Positions 12,282 to 26,200 of a stretch of DNA of 64,000 bases are shown here, piece after piece. The stretch lies in contig NW_021833034.1 of assembly GCF_006345805.1 (NCBI RefSeq), positions 1 to 64,000 of the forward strand, given 5' to 3'. Position 1 is the first letter of the stretch, and each line of letters begins with the position of its first letter. The notes under the pieces are model-generated. The model searched no databases. It saw only the letters and a list, made by a program, of their open reading frames with translations, and was not told the origin of the DNA. The position numbers and the translations under genes are program-made. Source of the stretch: Octopus sinensis. Its lineage: Eukaryota.

Positions 12282-15200
12282 AATGTATGTATGTATGTAT
12301 GTATGCATGTATGTATATATATATGTATATGTATATATATATGTGTGTGTGTTTGTGTGTGTGTGTGAGTGTGTGTGTGTGTACACATTTATCCTCAGCT
12401 ACCTGGACAACTGCTCCCAGCAATCGTCACCCAACAGTGTAAAATTAACAGCGGACCTTGAAGCAATCCAGAGAAGATTCACAAAGAAGATCGTCTCTTT
12501 GCAACAGCTCAGCTACTGGGAAAGGTTGAAACAGCTAAGACTCTAATCCCTGGAGAGAAGACGGGAGAGGTATGCAGTAATATATGTCTGGAAGATCCTG
12601 GAAGGAATTGTGCCAAATTTTGGCATTGACAGCTACACCAATGCCAGAACGGGACGACGCTGCACAGTGCCAAAGATCCCAGCAATGCCATCACGCTTCA
12701 GGACCAGCTTCTGCAAAAGCCTGGGTTTCAAGGGCCCACAGCTTTTTATTATTCTCTGAAAGAACCTGAGGGACCAACACAAAGTGAATGTAGGCGTTTT
12801 CAAATGAAAACTGGATCTCTTCCTGTTGAGAGTCCCAAAGAAACCTATCTCGTGGCAAGAGGTACAAATGAGGGCAGCAATATCAAACTCTCTTAGTCAC
12901 CAAATGCCACATATTAGAGGAAGCTCTCAATAATAACAGTGTAGCAAAATGGCAGGGCCACAGCTCTGAGCTGAAACTACAATATATATATATATACTGT
13001 TTGAAGTGGTGTATAGATTTTATGTATTAAGAACAAGGAAGTAGTCAGAATTTTGGTTATTACCCAGAAAAAAATGAAAGGAAAGTTGTCTTTCTCTTTT
13101 TCTTTCTTCCTTCTTATCTTTTCATTTCTTTATTTCTTTTGCTCTTTTTATCTGTCTAACCAAGCCTCCAAAAATTCACCACAAAAACTTATACACACAT
13201 ACATAGATTCAAAATAAAAAGAACTTTCTCTTTGCAATTCAACTCCAGATTTTTTTAACAAACCCTCATATGTATAAAACCATGAATTTTCTGTAACTAA
13301 ATGATTCTTGATAAATATCTCAAAAAAATATGAAAGCCCTAAATAAATAATTATCCAGTATTCTGACTACTTCCTTTTTCTTAATATATATCTGTGTATA
13401 TAGTTAGATGGTAACTTCAGTACGATGAGCACCACTATACACCACATGGTTTAGCAAGAGTTATCGCATTCAAATTTCCATTTATTTTGATATGGGGCAA
13501 AGTGTATAATATGTCAGATAATAAACTTTGTTCATCATATGTTATCCCCCTTTTGTCACCTATACAAGTTGCAAGCATGCTTTCGTAACTTCCTGTGTTA
13601 AGATCTTTAGGGATCACATTATTCTATCACTTTGTATGTATGTATGATTATGTACATGTATATCTCTATATATATAAAACTGAGAATGTGTGTCTGTCTG
13701 TCTGTCTGTCCGTCCGTCTGTGTGTTTCCCTAAAACTTGAGAACTACACAAACAATTTCATTCAAATTTTACACATGCCTTACTTGGGGCCTATGTAGTT
13801 TCATGGGCAAAAAACATGTTCAACTTCTTGCCTAGAGCGAGCCCATAGCAATATCATATCTTCTCCACTATTTCAGTATTACGTGTTAAAAGTAAAACAA
13901 AAATATTTCTCTATTTTATGTCAGATGCTTTCACTTTAACAATAAAAATAATAATAACAATTGAATTATATGTAGTAAGTAATAATTAAAATCAAACTAA
14001 AGTATAATATAATCGTAACATAACAAAAGTAAAAATAGCAATTGGTATAAAATTGCATCAATGACTTGAACTTGAATAAGTGGTTTCACATGAATGGGAA
14101 TAAATTGAAAATAAAATTAGCATGCAGAAATGGAATAGTCCAGATGGACTATTATACATAAAGGACTATAGCTTCAACTGCGTACTGTTGTTATTATTAT
14201 TACTGTTTAATTATTGTTATCACGTTTGTTGGTTCCTCGTAAGGGAAACGTTGTTGTGTTGCATTTGTTAAATAATTGTAAACTGTAACCCTCCCCCTTT
14301 GGGAGAAGGAGCTTTGGTTATTGTTTAAAAATTGAATTGTATCCCCATTTGGGGAAATTGACAATATTTTCACCGTTTACACAGAAGCATTTTCGTTAGA
14401 ATGCCTTCGATAGAAGAAAGTCCAAAAAGGAATTTCGCTGCAGCCGTCAGCGGGCGCGAAATCATTAAAATTAAAATGGAAGAAATACAAACCTATTTCG
14501 GATTGATTACCGACAAAGACGGTGAATCTAGGATAACACCACCAGACAAAATAAAAAATTAAATTAAAGAAAAGACTATTGTCTATAACGTATACAATGT
14601 AGAGAAAAAAAAGATTTGAACACCTGGAGGAAAGCACCATCGAAAAGTGTCTTGGTGCGACTATGAAAGATAGTCGCGGTAAATCGCCACAATAGAAGCA
14701 AGGTTCAAGTCAACAGAGCATGCAAGGGAGTACTCGACTCGAACCTTGCAAAGTGGAAATATTTTATTTTCACCTTTATATCTGGGACGTCCTACATCCC
14801 AGATAAAAATTTAAAGTGTCCCCTCAGAAGTAGAGGTAGGCTGGATTGTAGCCACACTTCTATACAAGAGGGAGGAAAAGATACAATTGATCGAAATTGC
14901 AAGATCCAGTTTGTTATATATTTTGAGTATTGTTATCACTAGCGATATCAAGATATAACTTTATATTTTGTATTTTATGTGTAGATGTATATATATAGAT
15001 GTACATGTAATATGTACAGATATATATACACATATATACATGCACTAGTACTATAACCCAGCAACGACGGGTCATAATGCTAGTATATTTTCACTTCATA
15101 ATTTGACACTGAATTGTAAGTATGTATTTTATTTATCCTTATGTCATATTGTTATTTTTGATATTCTGGTTAATTACGATGTATTTAATGTTGTTTTCAT

Positions 15201-17159
15201 AGGAGTGTTTATGTATATGAGATTGTGTGCGAGTTTTTAGTTGTATAATTTATTTATCTGTATGAGTGTGGGTGTGTAAATATTGTTGTATATATCGAGT
15301 TTAGTGAGTATGTATATGCGTATATGTGAGGGAGTATATGTATCTGTTGTGTGTGTGTGTTTTGCGTGTGTGTGTGTTTGTGTGTGAATGTGTATATGGG
15401 TTTGTTATTTAGGTTTTGGGATGTATGTGTTAATTTGTCTGTGTGGGAGGGAGTGGGTTTTGGTGTATATGGAGGTTTATAAGTTAGTATAGGTATGTGT
15501 ATAAGTCGTGGGTCTGTGGTTTACGTGTGTGTATTTGTGTGTGAATGTTTAGGTTAGGGGGATTGCTATATAAGTTTGTTATAGGGTTTAGCAAAGGGAG
15601 ATTTTATCGTTATATGTTTTTAAGAGTTTTGGTTTATCATGGTTTTTTTAGGGAATTCGTAGTAATTTGTCTATTTTCGATGTTGGTTGTTTTATTACAT
15701 TGTTTCATTCATAATTTTTGAGTGGTGTTCGTTTTGCCACGTGAATATTATTTTTAATTCCATTTATTCCATTTCTCCATTCATTAATTTAGAGATGTTC
15801 GTTTCCAGAGCGGTTATACTTTTTATACATATGTTAAGTTCCTTGGTAAAGTAATTTTGTTTGGTGTATATGTTGAGGCTTATATGTACTTGTGGGTGTG
15901 TGTGAGTGGGGTGGGTGTTTGTATTTGTTATGGGTGTGTGGTTTACGTGTGTTTTTGTGTGTGAATGTATAGGTTAAAGGAATTGCTATATAAGTATGTT
16001 ATAGTGTTTAGTAAAGGGAGGTTTTATCATTTCTGTTTTGTGAGTTTTAGCTTATCATGGTAGTTTTATAAAAGAATCCATTTATAATTTTTGTGTTTAT
16101 TTGTCTGTGTGGGGTTGAGTGGGTTTTTGGAGTATATGTTGAGGTTTATATGTATGTATTGGTATGTGTAAGTGGTGTGGGTATTTGTATATGTCGTGGG
16201 TGTGTGGTTTACGTGTGTGTATTTGTGTGTGAATGTTTAGGTTAGGGGGATTGCTATATAGGTTTGTTATAGAGTTTAGTAAAGGGAGATTTTATCATTA
16301 TATGTTTTTATGAGTTTTGGTTTATCATGGTAGGTTTGTTAAGGAATTCGTAGTAATTTGTGTCTATTTGCGATGTCTGTTGTTTTATTGCATTGTTTCA
16401 TTCATAATTTTTAAGTAGTGTTCGTTTTACCAAGTGAATATAATTTTTAATTCCATTTATTCCATTTCTCCGTTCATAGTTTTGAGTGATGTCCGTTTTC
16501 TAGAGCGTGAATGTGGGTTGTATGTGTGTGTGTGTGGGAGTATGAATAAGTATTGTGTTGAAGTATTTGGCTATTTTATTTATTTATAGTTGCCTAGACG
16601 TTTTTATGTGTATGTATAGGGATATATATATAGGTGTGTGATTTAGTGTATGTAGTTAGATATGGTTATATATAATTAGGTATATGTGTATGGGTGTATA
16701 TATAGTTTATTATTATATTTTATTATTTTTTTTGTTTTGTTTTATATTTTATATCTTATATTTTATATTTTATATTTAATTGTTGATAGGTTTTTTTAGT
16801 TTATATATTGTTTATATATTGATTATATATGGATTATATATAGGTTATATATGGATTATATACTTATATTTTTTCATTCATACTTTAATTATTTTAAAAT
16901 TATTATTTTTATATTTTAAAATATTGATTTTTTAGATTGGAAGTCCACCTGAAGATTGTCGATCAAGACAAGAAACGATTGTAGTGGCGGTTTTTTTGAC
17001 TATTTATTAAAATTTTATGTATTGATTAAGTCTTTCCTTGTTTGTTTTGCAAAATAGTGGTTTTGTCTCTAATAATATTTTATAATATTTTACTATAAAA
17101 TTGGATTTAATCCTAAATCTGATTTTTTCCCTGTAAATTTGGATTTATTCCCTAATATT

Positions 17160-17207
<48 letters not shown>

Positions 17208-20200
17208 CTCTTCTGTTTTTTAATTATTATAAATCTTCCATTGATGAGGCAGCCAGTTTTGAACAAAGATACAAGACTACATCTTTGGGATGTGGTTAAC
17301 ACCGACAAATTCACATTTGGAACTTGAGAAAAGTCTTGCATGTTTTTACTGTTCCACTTGCAGATTGCACTTGTAATGTACAAATTAGATGGTTACTTTC
17401 TCTTTCTGAAAATCCCAATTCGTCCTGATTCACCCTTAAGCATTTACTAACGAAACCTAGTGCTCCAATTATTATTGGTATGAATATGAATTCATAGTCT
17501 GGATATAGAAGCTGGAGGTTTCGAAGCAGTTGTCCATGGATATCTTCTTTTTCTTTGATTTTCAAAGAGATATTTATATCTGCAGGGCAGCTGACCTCTA
17601 TGATGGTACATACCTTTGCCCCTCTGTCCCAAACAACAATATCCAGTCTGTTACGCTTACATTTGACTGAAGTTTTGATGGGAATATTCCACCAGTATTC
17701 CTTGGGTTGGTGCTTATGAATGTATTCCATAGCATATGGGTTTTCAAAGTTTATTTCAGGACAGTCTTTTTTATGGATGGTGTTGTAAATTGTTTTAGTA
17801 ACAACATCATTCTGCATAGGGAAGTAGTGTAAGGACAGTGTGATGCGAGGTAACAAGAATGGCTCTTTAGTACATCACACAGCTCTTACAATAAATATAT
17901 ATTGGACTAGTACAATTATTTGCCAGAGAGAAAAAGGAGACACAACCAAGTAGAATGATTAAGGGAAGATTTATTGATATATTAATATGTATGTCTGTGT
18001 GTGCATCATGTATACAGAATAATAGGCAGGCCATTATGAGAACAAAGTGTGTGTGTGTAAGCATAGATATATGTGTGTGTTAAGAACATATAAGGATGGC
18101 AATGAAGAAGAAGACAGGGAAAGAGTCTATAAAGAGAAATGAGGAGAATGTTCATAGACACAAGTAAGATAAATAATACCAGTTCATAGTTAGTACACGG
18201 TAGTTGAAATACTGCATAAAGAAGTTGCAGCCATGATGCTGAGCTGGTGACAGGTACATGTCATACGTGAAGTTGTGGCTGTGATGCTGTTGCTACCTGA
18301 GTCACTTGGTACAGGAGTTCTTGCAGGTTATATCTTCACTGTTGATCCATGGTGAAGTAACTCACAAACAAAGAAGTTTTGGAACCTGGGTGAGTTGCTT
18401 GCTGAGTTGTGTATGTGGAGATGTTGACATTAGGATGATGGTGGCGACAGAGATCGAGGTTGCAGAATGCTGTTGGATGAAGTTGGTGAGCCTCAACATA
18501 GCTGCTGTGGTAGCATGTTGTCTGGTGTCATCGCTGGAACTGGCTGTCTATGTGGTCAGTGGCTTTACCTTAAAAGGTCAGGAACTAAAGACATGTATTG
18601 AGGGAAAAACTGAGTTTTTATATAATGTAGCAGGCTCAAAATAGGGTTTGGGAAAGGTTGTCCCATGTGATCTTAGTAATATGCAGCAGTTGGTGCAATC
18701 AGGTAAGAGACATAATTGTGCCAACACCAACTAATCAGAGTAGTGGACACAACAGGAACCAAATAGTGATCAAAGGCTACCTCTTATCTGCTATGTACAT
18801 ACATATAGTCTACAATACAGTAGTACCATGAAGACATTTTAAGGCAGCTGCTAATCACATGCATGACGTCTTCCACTGAAACATGACATAGCCTACACAT
18901 GCGGTTGCACTTTGGGATGACAAGAGCATCACTGTCTCTCTTGTTCACCAGGTACTTTGGGGCAATCTCCTCTTCCTGGATTGCAAACACGTAGCCTTCA
19001 AAGCATGATGTGATGTAGTGGTCTTCACTCAAAGGCCGTCTGCACTGATTTCAGGCCTCCACCACCTTCATTTCTTCTTAGGTAGAGTCTGTCCACATCA
19101 CTGTTTCTTTGGAAGTTCCCAGTTGGTGTCAGGGTTTTGCAGGTTTTAATATGTATGGAGTGGATTTCCTCTGCAGACCAATCAAGTATCCCAAATGTTG
19201 GGGGTCAGCACTGGTATTGCAAATGCATTGTGGGATATTGTTTTGTTGCTAGAGGAGAGTTCTGACTACCATATTGTCCTAAGTCTGGTGTAACATTCTC
19301 AGGTCACACTATTTTTATTCTCAGTGCTTTCATATATGTGCCCTAGGTATTTGTAACATTCTTTGTGTGGAATGGGGGAGATAGAGAGACTGTTGATGCA
19401 CAGGTTTGGGGTTTGGGGGACTGACTTTCCTCGTTCTATGACCAAATACAAACATTTCTGTTGGCCAAATTCCATGCCTATATCCGCTGAAAATGTTACT
19501 AATTCCAGTTTGTATTTTGGCATTGTCAATGCTTTTAGCATAGATCTTGATGTTGTCTACAAAGAAATTATGAGTTTCATTGATACTTCTAGCAGTTGAA
19601 GATCCTAGCATGTAGCCATTTGTTTTCTGCAGTAGGAACGATTATGGATTCAGTGGCAAAAGGAAAAGAAGTACAGAAAGACCATCTCCCTGGAATATTC
19701 CCTTTGAAATGCCTTTACTATCAGAAACAATTATTGTGTTCTCTGTTGGAAGGGTGAGAACTGTTGTCCATGTCTTTGTGAGTCTCTCTACAGAGACTCA
19801 CAATTAGAGTGGAAGGTACCTTTGCCAGGTGTAGGCACTTCAACAGCCATGAATGAGGGATAGAGTCGAATGCCTTCTTATAGACAAGCCATACTGTCAC
19901 AAGATTTCTGCGTTGTTTTCTTACTTCAGACAGGACGGCTTTGTTTATTAAAAGTAGTTTAGCACATCCCCACACTCCTTTCTTTCTATCAGCATTGTTC
20001 ATCAGTCACAATGTTGTTCGACTCACAATGGACCTGGAGGAATTGATTCAGGTGACTTGTGCACAGTCTGAAGTAATATTTATAAAATTTCATCTTCTTA
20101 CAAGTTAGAAAGACCCCTCTATGTGGACTTAACACCCACAATTTAGTCATTTTATCTAAGCAAAAAGCGAATACAGTTGCGCTCTTTGAAGCTGTAGGTT

Positions 20201-23200
20201 ACCTGAGCATAAAAGATGAGCATTATTTGTAATTCAATGGTACAACAGTGTAACAGTTTGCTTTACCATACACTTACATTGTGATTTCTGCAAAGTGCTG
20301 CATAAATTGTCAAGTAAATGAGAGGCATCTTTGCCTCCACAGATTCAGTTGCAAGGTGTTGAGTAAAGTTATTTGATTGTAGATCTCCTTTCAGTCTTTT
20401 TATTATCACTGGGTCACACATAGTCCCCAGATGGTAACATTGATTTCAAGGCCTTCCCAGATGAGTGACTGGTTATTCAAAGACATTTATAGATTTTAAA
20501 TTTATTCTGTCCAGTTACGTATCAGTATAGTGTTCATTTGCAAACTCCAGAGGTGACACTTTCATTTCCCTTTAGCCCTCACGTCACACAGTTGTTAATG
20601 TTGATTTCAGTTGGGTCACGCCCTTCCAATTACTATAGATTCGTAATGCATCTTACGGCTGTGCCTGTCTCCTGGATGGTGAGGAATCCTACATTAGGAG
20701 TGGTAACGACTAGGGTAGGGTAGCTGACTGCTTATTGTGATCATTTGTCTTTTGGTTTCCTGTAGCTTTGCTCTCTTTTACAAACCCAGTGAACATATAT
20801 TTCCTATTTCAAAGAAATTCAAACAATAGATATAAGATCCTAGTTAAAAAGATTCTCAATAATTCAACTTCTCTGGTTGACATTAAGACACTCACCCCCA
20901 ATAGGGGCCTTAACTCCCACATTTTTGAGCTCCATGACCTCCATTTTTCAGGAGCAAAATCTTTTTGACAGGTTCAATAAGACTGGAATTTTTATGTGCA
21001 TAAAAATCAGTAGTATGAGATACATGTATCATGATTACAATTTCTTTAGGATGTGTAAAGAGGGAAATAACACTCATCTGCAATTTTGATGAAATTCGAA
21101 ACAAAGATATTCCAATTCATTACAGAAAATATAACAGAAAAGTGTAATTCATGGAAATCGATCAATGGAAATTGCAGATGTGTTACCAGTGCCGGTGGCA
21201 TGTAAGAGAACCTTCCGTTTCGCGACCGTTGCCAGCACCGCCCCGTTTCGTGTCCGTTGCCAGCCTCGCCTGGCCCTTGTGCCGGTGGCACATAAAAAGC
21301 ACCATCCGTTCGTGGCCGTTTGCCAGCTCTGTCTGGCACCTGTGCGGGTGGCATGTAAAAAGCACCCACTACACTCACGGAGTGGTTGGCGTTAGGAAGG
21401 GCATCCAGCCGTAGAAACACTGCCAGATTTGACTGGGCCTGATGAAGCCTTCTGGCTTCACAGACCCCAGTAGAACCGTCCAACCCATGCTAGCATGGAG
21501 AACGGACGCTAAACGACGATGATGATGATGATGATGATGATGGTCAACGCCGGGTATCTCTGCTAGTATATTATAAAAATATGTTAGTGTTATTTAATTT
21601 CTGAATGGTTTTACTGCTGTTTGTTTATGTAGTTTGATTTGTTTATCCATCAGTTTCTATTAAGATAGAGATGTGAGTAAAATTAATAATAGAGAAACGA
21701 AGATAAAACTTTGGAAACAGCCTAAAGGGAGATAATTGAGAAAGACTTGAAAGTCAACATAAGATCATAACCATGTAAAGTAAAAATAACAAATAATCCA
21801 GAATCCTTGTCCGGTACAGGATTGATCCCAAAATCTAATCAGTTCATGCCAGTCACAAGGCCAAACATCCGTGAAAGTTTTATCTGAATCCATCCAGTGG
21901 TTCTTTAGAGATCTTGTCCACAGATAGACAAATAAACAAACATGACTAGAAACTATGCCTCCACCCAAGGCGGAGGTAATAAAACAAACATCGCAATCTA
22001 AAGGGTGGCAAGCTGGCAGAATCATTAGCACGCTGGGCAAACTGCCTCGTGGTATTTCGTCTGCCATTACTTTCTGAGTTCGAATTCTACTGAGGTCGGC
22101 TTCACCTTTCATCCTTTTGGGGTCGTTTAAATAAGTACTAGTTACACACTGGAGTCAATGTAATCGACTTAATCCCTTTGTCTGCCCTTGTTTGTCCCCT
22201 CTGTGTGTAACCCCCCCCCCCCGGTGGGCAATAAAGAAATAAAATCTACTTCACAGAAAACATCCATCACTGTAGTTTTCTTCTCCCCACCTCTCCTCTC
22301 CACTTCCTCAGTAGCTCTCTTCTCCCTTCACTCTGTAGTTTGCTGCTCCCTTCTCCCCCACTCTCTGTAGCTCTCTTCTCCTTCCTCTCTAGCTTTATTG
22401 GAACACACTTTCGTTTGTTTTCTTCTCTCGGTAGCTTTCTTCTCCTCCCTCTCTAACTCACTTCTCCCCTCTCTCAGTAGCTTTCTTCTAACCCTCTTTC
22501 TGTTACTCTCATTTCCCCCACTTTCTATTGTTCTCCTCTCCCCACTCTCTGCATCTTTCTTCACCCCCTCTTTTTGTAGCTTCCTTCTGATCCTCTTTCT
22601 GCTATTATCTTCTCCTCATCTCAATTTAACTCTTTCTCCCCTCTCTCTGTAGTATTCTTCTGACCCTCTTTTTGCAGCTCTCTTCTGCCTCTTTCTCTCT
22701 GTAGCATGCTTCTCCCTTCTCTCTCTAGTTCTCTTTTCCCCTGTCTCAGTAGCTCTCTTCTCCCCTTTACTGTAGCTTTCAGTTGCTCTCTTTTCCCCTC
22801 TCTCTCCCTCTGTAGCTCTCTTCTCCACTCTTTTGTTGCTCTCTTCTTGCATCTCTCTGTTTAGCTCTCTCCGTGGACATTCTTCTGATCCTCTCTCTGT
22901 ATCTCTCTTCTCCCCTCTCTCTCTCTGTAGCTCTTTTCTCCTCTCTGTACCTTTCTTATGATCCTCTTTCTGTTTTAATATTCTCTCTGTCACTTTGTAG
23001 CTCTTTTCTCCCCTCTCTCTATAGGCCTCTTCACTTCTTTCTCTGTAGCTCTATTCTCCCCCCCACTCTCTGTAGTTCTCTCCTCCCCTCTTTCTGTTGC
23101 TCTCTTCTCCCCCACTCTCAGTTGCTCTTTTCTCCCCTCTCTGTAGCTCTTTCCCCTCCCTCTGTAACTCCCTTCTTCCCTCTCTCTGTTGCTTTCTCCT

Positions 23201-26200
23201 GACACTCCTATAGCTTTCTTCTGACCTTCTTTCTTCTTTCCCACTCATTGTAGCTCTATTCTCCCATCTCTCTGTAGCTCTCCTCTTCTCTCTCTCTGTA
23301 GCTCGCTTCTTGCCACTGTAGCTTTCTCCTAACACTTCATCAGTAGTTCTCTTCTTCTCTCTCCCTGTAGCTTTCTTCTGACCTTTCTGTTGTTATCTTC
23401 TCTCCCACTCTATGTAACTCTCTTCTCTCTTTCTCTCTCTCGGTAACTAATTTTCCTCACTCTCTGTAGCTCTCTTATGACCCTCTTTCACTGTAGCGTT
23501 TTTTACCCTCTTTCCACTGCTCTCTTCTAGCCTCTCACTGAAGCTTTCTTCTCCACTCTCTCTGTAGCTCTTTTCTTATACTTCTCTATAGCTCTCCCTT
23601 CTCTTTGTAGCTCTCTTCTTCCCTTGCTTTATAGCTTTCTTCTCCCTTTTCCCTGTAGCTCTTTCCCCCCTTACTCTGTAGCTTTCTTCTGACCCTTTTT
23701 CTGTTATCGTCCTACTCACTCTCTGTAGCTCTGCTCTATTCTTCCCTATCTCTGTAGTTCTTTTCTCCTCTCTCTGTGTAGATCTCTTCTTGTCTCTCTC
23801 TGTAGCTCTCTTCTCTCCTCTCTTTGTAGTTTACTTCTGATCATCTTTCTGTAGCTCTCCTCACCCTCATGCTGTTGCTTTCTTTTCCCTCTCGCTGTAG
23901 CTCTCTTCTTGTCCCCTCTCTGTTGTTTCCTTCTCCCCACTCTCTGTAGCTCTATTCCTTTCTCTCTCTAGCTCGCTTCTCCTCTCTTCATGTAGCTCTT
24001 TTCTCCCCCCCTCTCTCTCTGTAGCTTTATTCTGACCCTCTCCTGGTTGTACTCTTCTCCCCCTCCCTCCATAGCTTTCTTCTCCCATTTCTCTCTAGCT
24101 CTCTTCTCATCTCTTTCTGTAGCTCTCTTCTGACCCATTTCTGTTGTTCTCTTCTACTCCTTTCTCTGTAGCTCTCTTCTCTTCTCTCTCTCTGTAGCTC
24201 TTTTCTCTCCTCTCTCTCTGTAGCTCTCTTCTCCCTTCTCTCTGTAGCTCTCTTCTCCCCTCTCTTTGTAGCTTTATTCTGAGCCGCTTTCTGTTGTTTT
24301 CATCTCCTCCTCTTTCTGTAGCGCTTTCCTTCTCTCCCTCAGTAGCTCTCTTCTTCCTTCTCTCTGTAGCTCTTTTCTCTCTCTATCTCTCTGTAGTTCT
24401 CTTCTTCCTTCTCTCAGTTGCTCTCTTCCCCTCTCTCTTTGTAGCTTCTTTCTAACCCTCTCTTCATCCCCACCCTCTTTTGCACACTTTTCCCTCTCAC
24501 TGTAGCTCTCTTCTTGCCCACTCTCATTTGCTCTCTTCTCCCCCCCCCTCTCTGTCTATGTAGCTCTTTTCTATCTATCTCTTACGGAAGCATTCTTGTA
24601 TCCCTCTATCTCTATAGTTCTCCTCTCTCCCTCTGTTTGTTGCTCTTTTCTCTCTCTCTCTTTGTACAATGTAAAGTGTGACTAGAGAAACCAACCAACC
24701 AACAGTTATCTTTAGATATAAAAGTGAGGTTGTGTGTCTGTCTCCTACGATTTAGATTCCTAACTACTCCCACATTTTGCGGTGCAGTTTAACCAAAACC
24801 GGGTATCTTATAGTCGTGATTCATATCGAGCCCTTCTGGGTATTAGCGTGCGTCTATGATGAGTCTACGATTTAAAAAGAAATTTACCATCATTTTTTTC
24901 CATTTTAATGCATTTTTTCGCTATTATATAAGGGAAGTAACTCTCTAAAAATGTCTACGATGAGTCAACAATTTAAAAAAATATTTACAATCATTTTTTT
25001 TTTTCCATTTTAATGCATTTTTTGGCTATAACTCTCTAAAAATGCTTATATAGTTATTTCCCTTACAAACCCGAGCAACGCCGGGCGATACTGCTAGTTA
25101 CTGATAAAAAGACAACAAAAAACAAGCAAGAACGTCTTTATAGTAAAAAAAATATGCACGTACCATACCTTAGGTTTTGTTTTCTCTTCATTTTAAATTT
25201 CCTCCCTTCGTGTTGAAAACACATTTTCTTAATATCATATTTTATTTTCTTCAAATTAAGGAATCTTTTTCCCAGTGAGTATGCTTTCTCAAGCATGGCA
25301 TTTTCTTTGTCACTAAACATTCTTATGTTTTCTGGATTATTTTCATCAAAGTAAGACCATTGTGCAATGTCTTTAAAAATGATTTCCTCATCAGCCTCTT
25401 TGTATTCCATTAATAATGATTGGACATCAAGTTTAGCATTTTTTACATGAGAATGTCTGCCATGAATTTCAATTTTGTCCCTGATAGAAATCTGGACTTC
25501 ATGATCTGTACCAATACTCTTTAAATTCGGCTTCTGAAAAGATAAAATAAAAAACCAAATTAATTCTAGAAATGATACAGATCATTGTCATCATCGTTAT
25601 CATCATCATATAAAGTTTGCTTTTTTTTTATGCTAGCATAGAGTGGACAGTTTGAGAGGCTCTGGCAAGCCACAGGGCTATGGTGATCTCCAGTCGTCTG
25701 TTGTGGCATAGAGTCTGTGGCTGGATGCCGTTCCTAATACCCACCACTTTACAGAGAAAGGCACTGGGTACTTTTTCTTTCTTGACCCACCAGCACAAGT
25801 GAGGTTGTCAAGTAACTTGCAAGGTAGAAAGAGAGAAGAATGAAGAAAGGAAAAACTCCTGATATGAAGTGAGGGACGTGGGCGGGGGAGGTGAGTATTG
25901 GAGGGAAGAAGGAAGTGGGTTTATGCTAAAGCTTAAAGTATGACTGGGGGAGAAGCATTGATGTTTTGCTACAGAGGGGAATACATGGGTACCACACATT
26001 ATCTAGGGGTGGCTGGGGGTAGTTGGGAGGAGATGATAGTGATGCAGTGATAGAGCAGACTCTTAGGGGACAGGAAGAGGAATATAGGAGAGGAGAGAGA
26101 GGTTCAGGGAAGGAAGGGGTTCTTGTATATGTGAGGGGAGAGTGGCTGGTGGTTAGAAATGTGGGGTGGGTAGGAAAGAGAAGGTTCAGTTGATAGGGAA

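Noticed and set aside
13435-13617. 60-aa minus-strand ORF as a missing PARP exon
   Set aside because: No clear splice pair with the required phases and no similarity to the WWE-ART linker. RNA-seq would settle it.
22328-24088. E/R/K-rich and S/L-rich ORFs
   Set aside because: These are translations of the CT-rich minisatellite.
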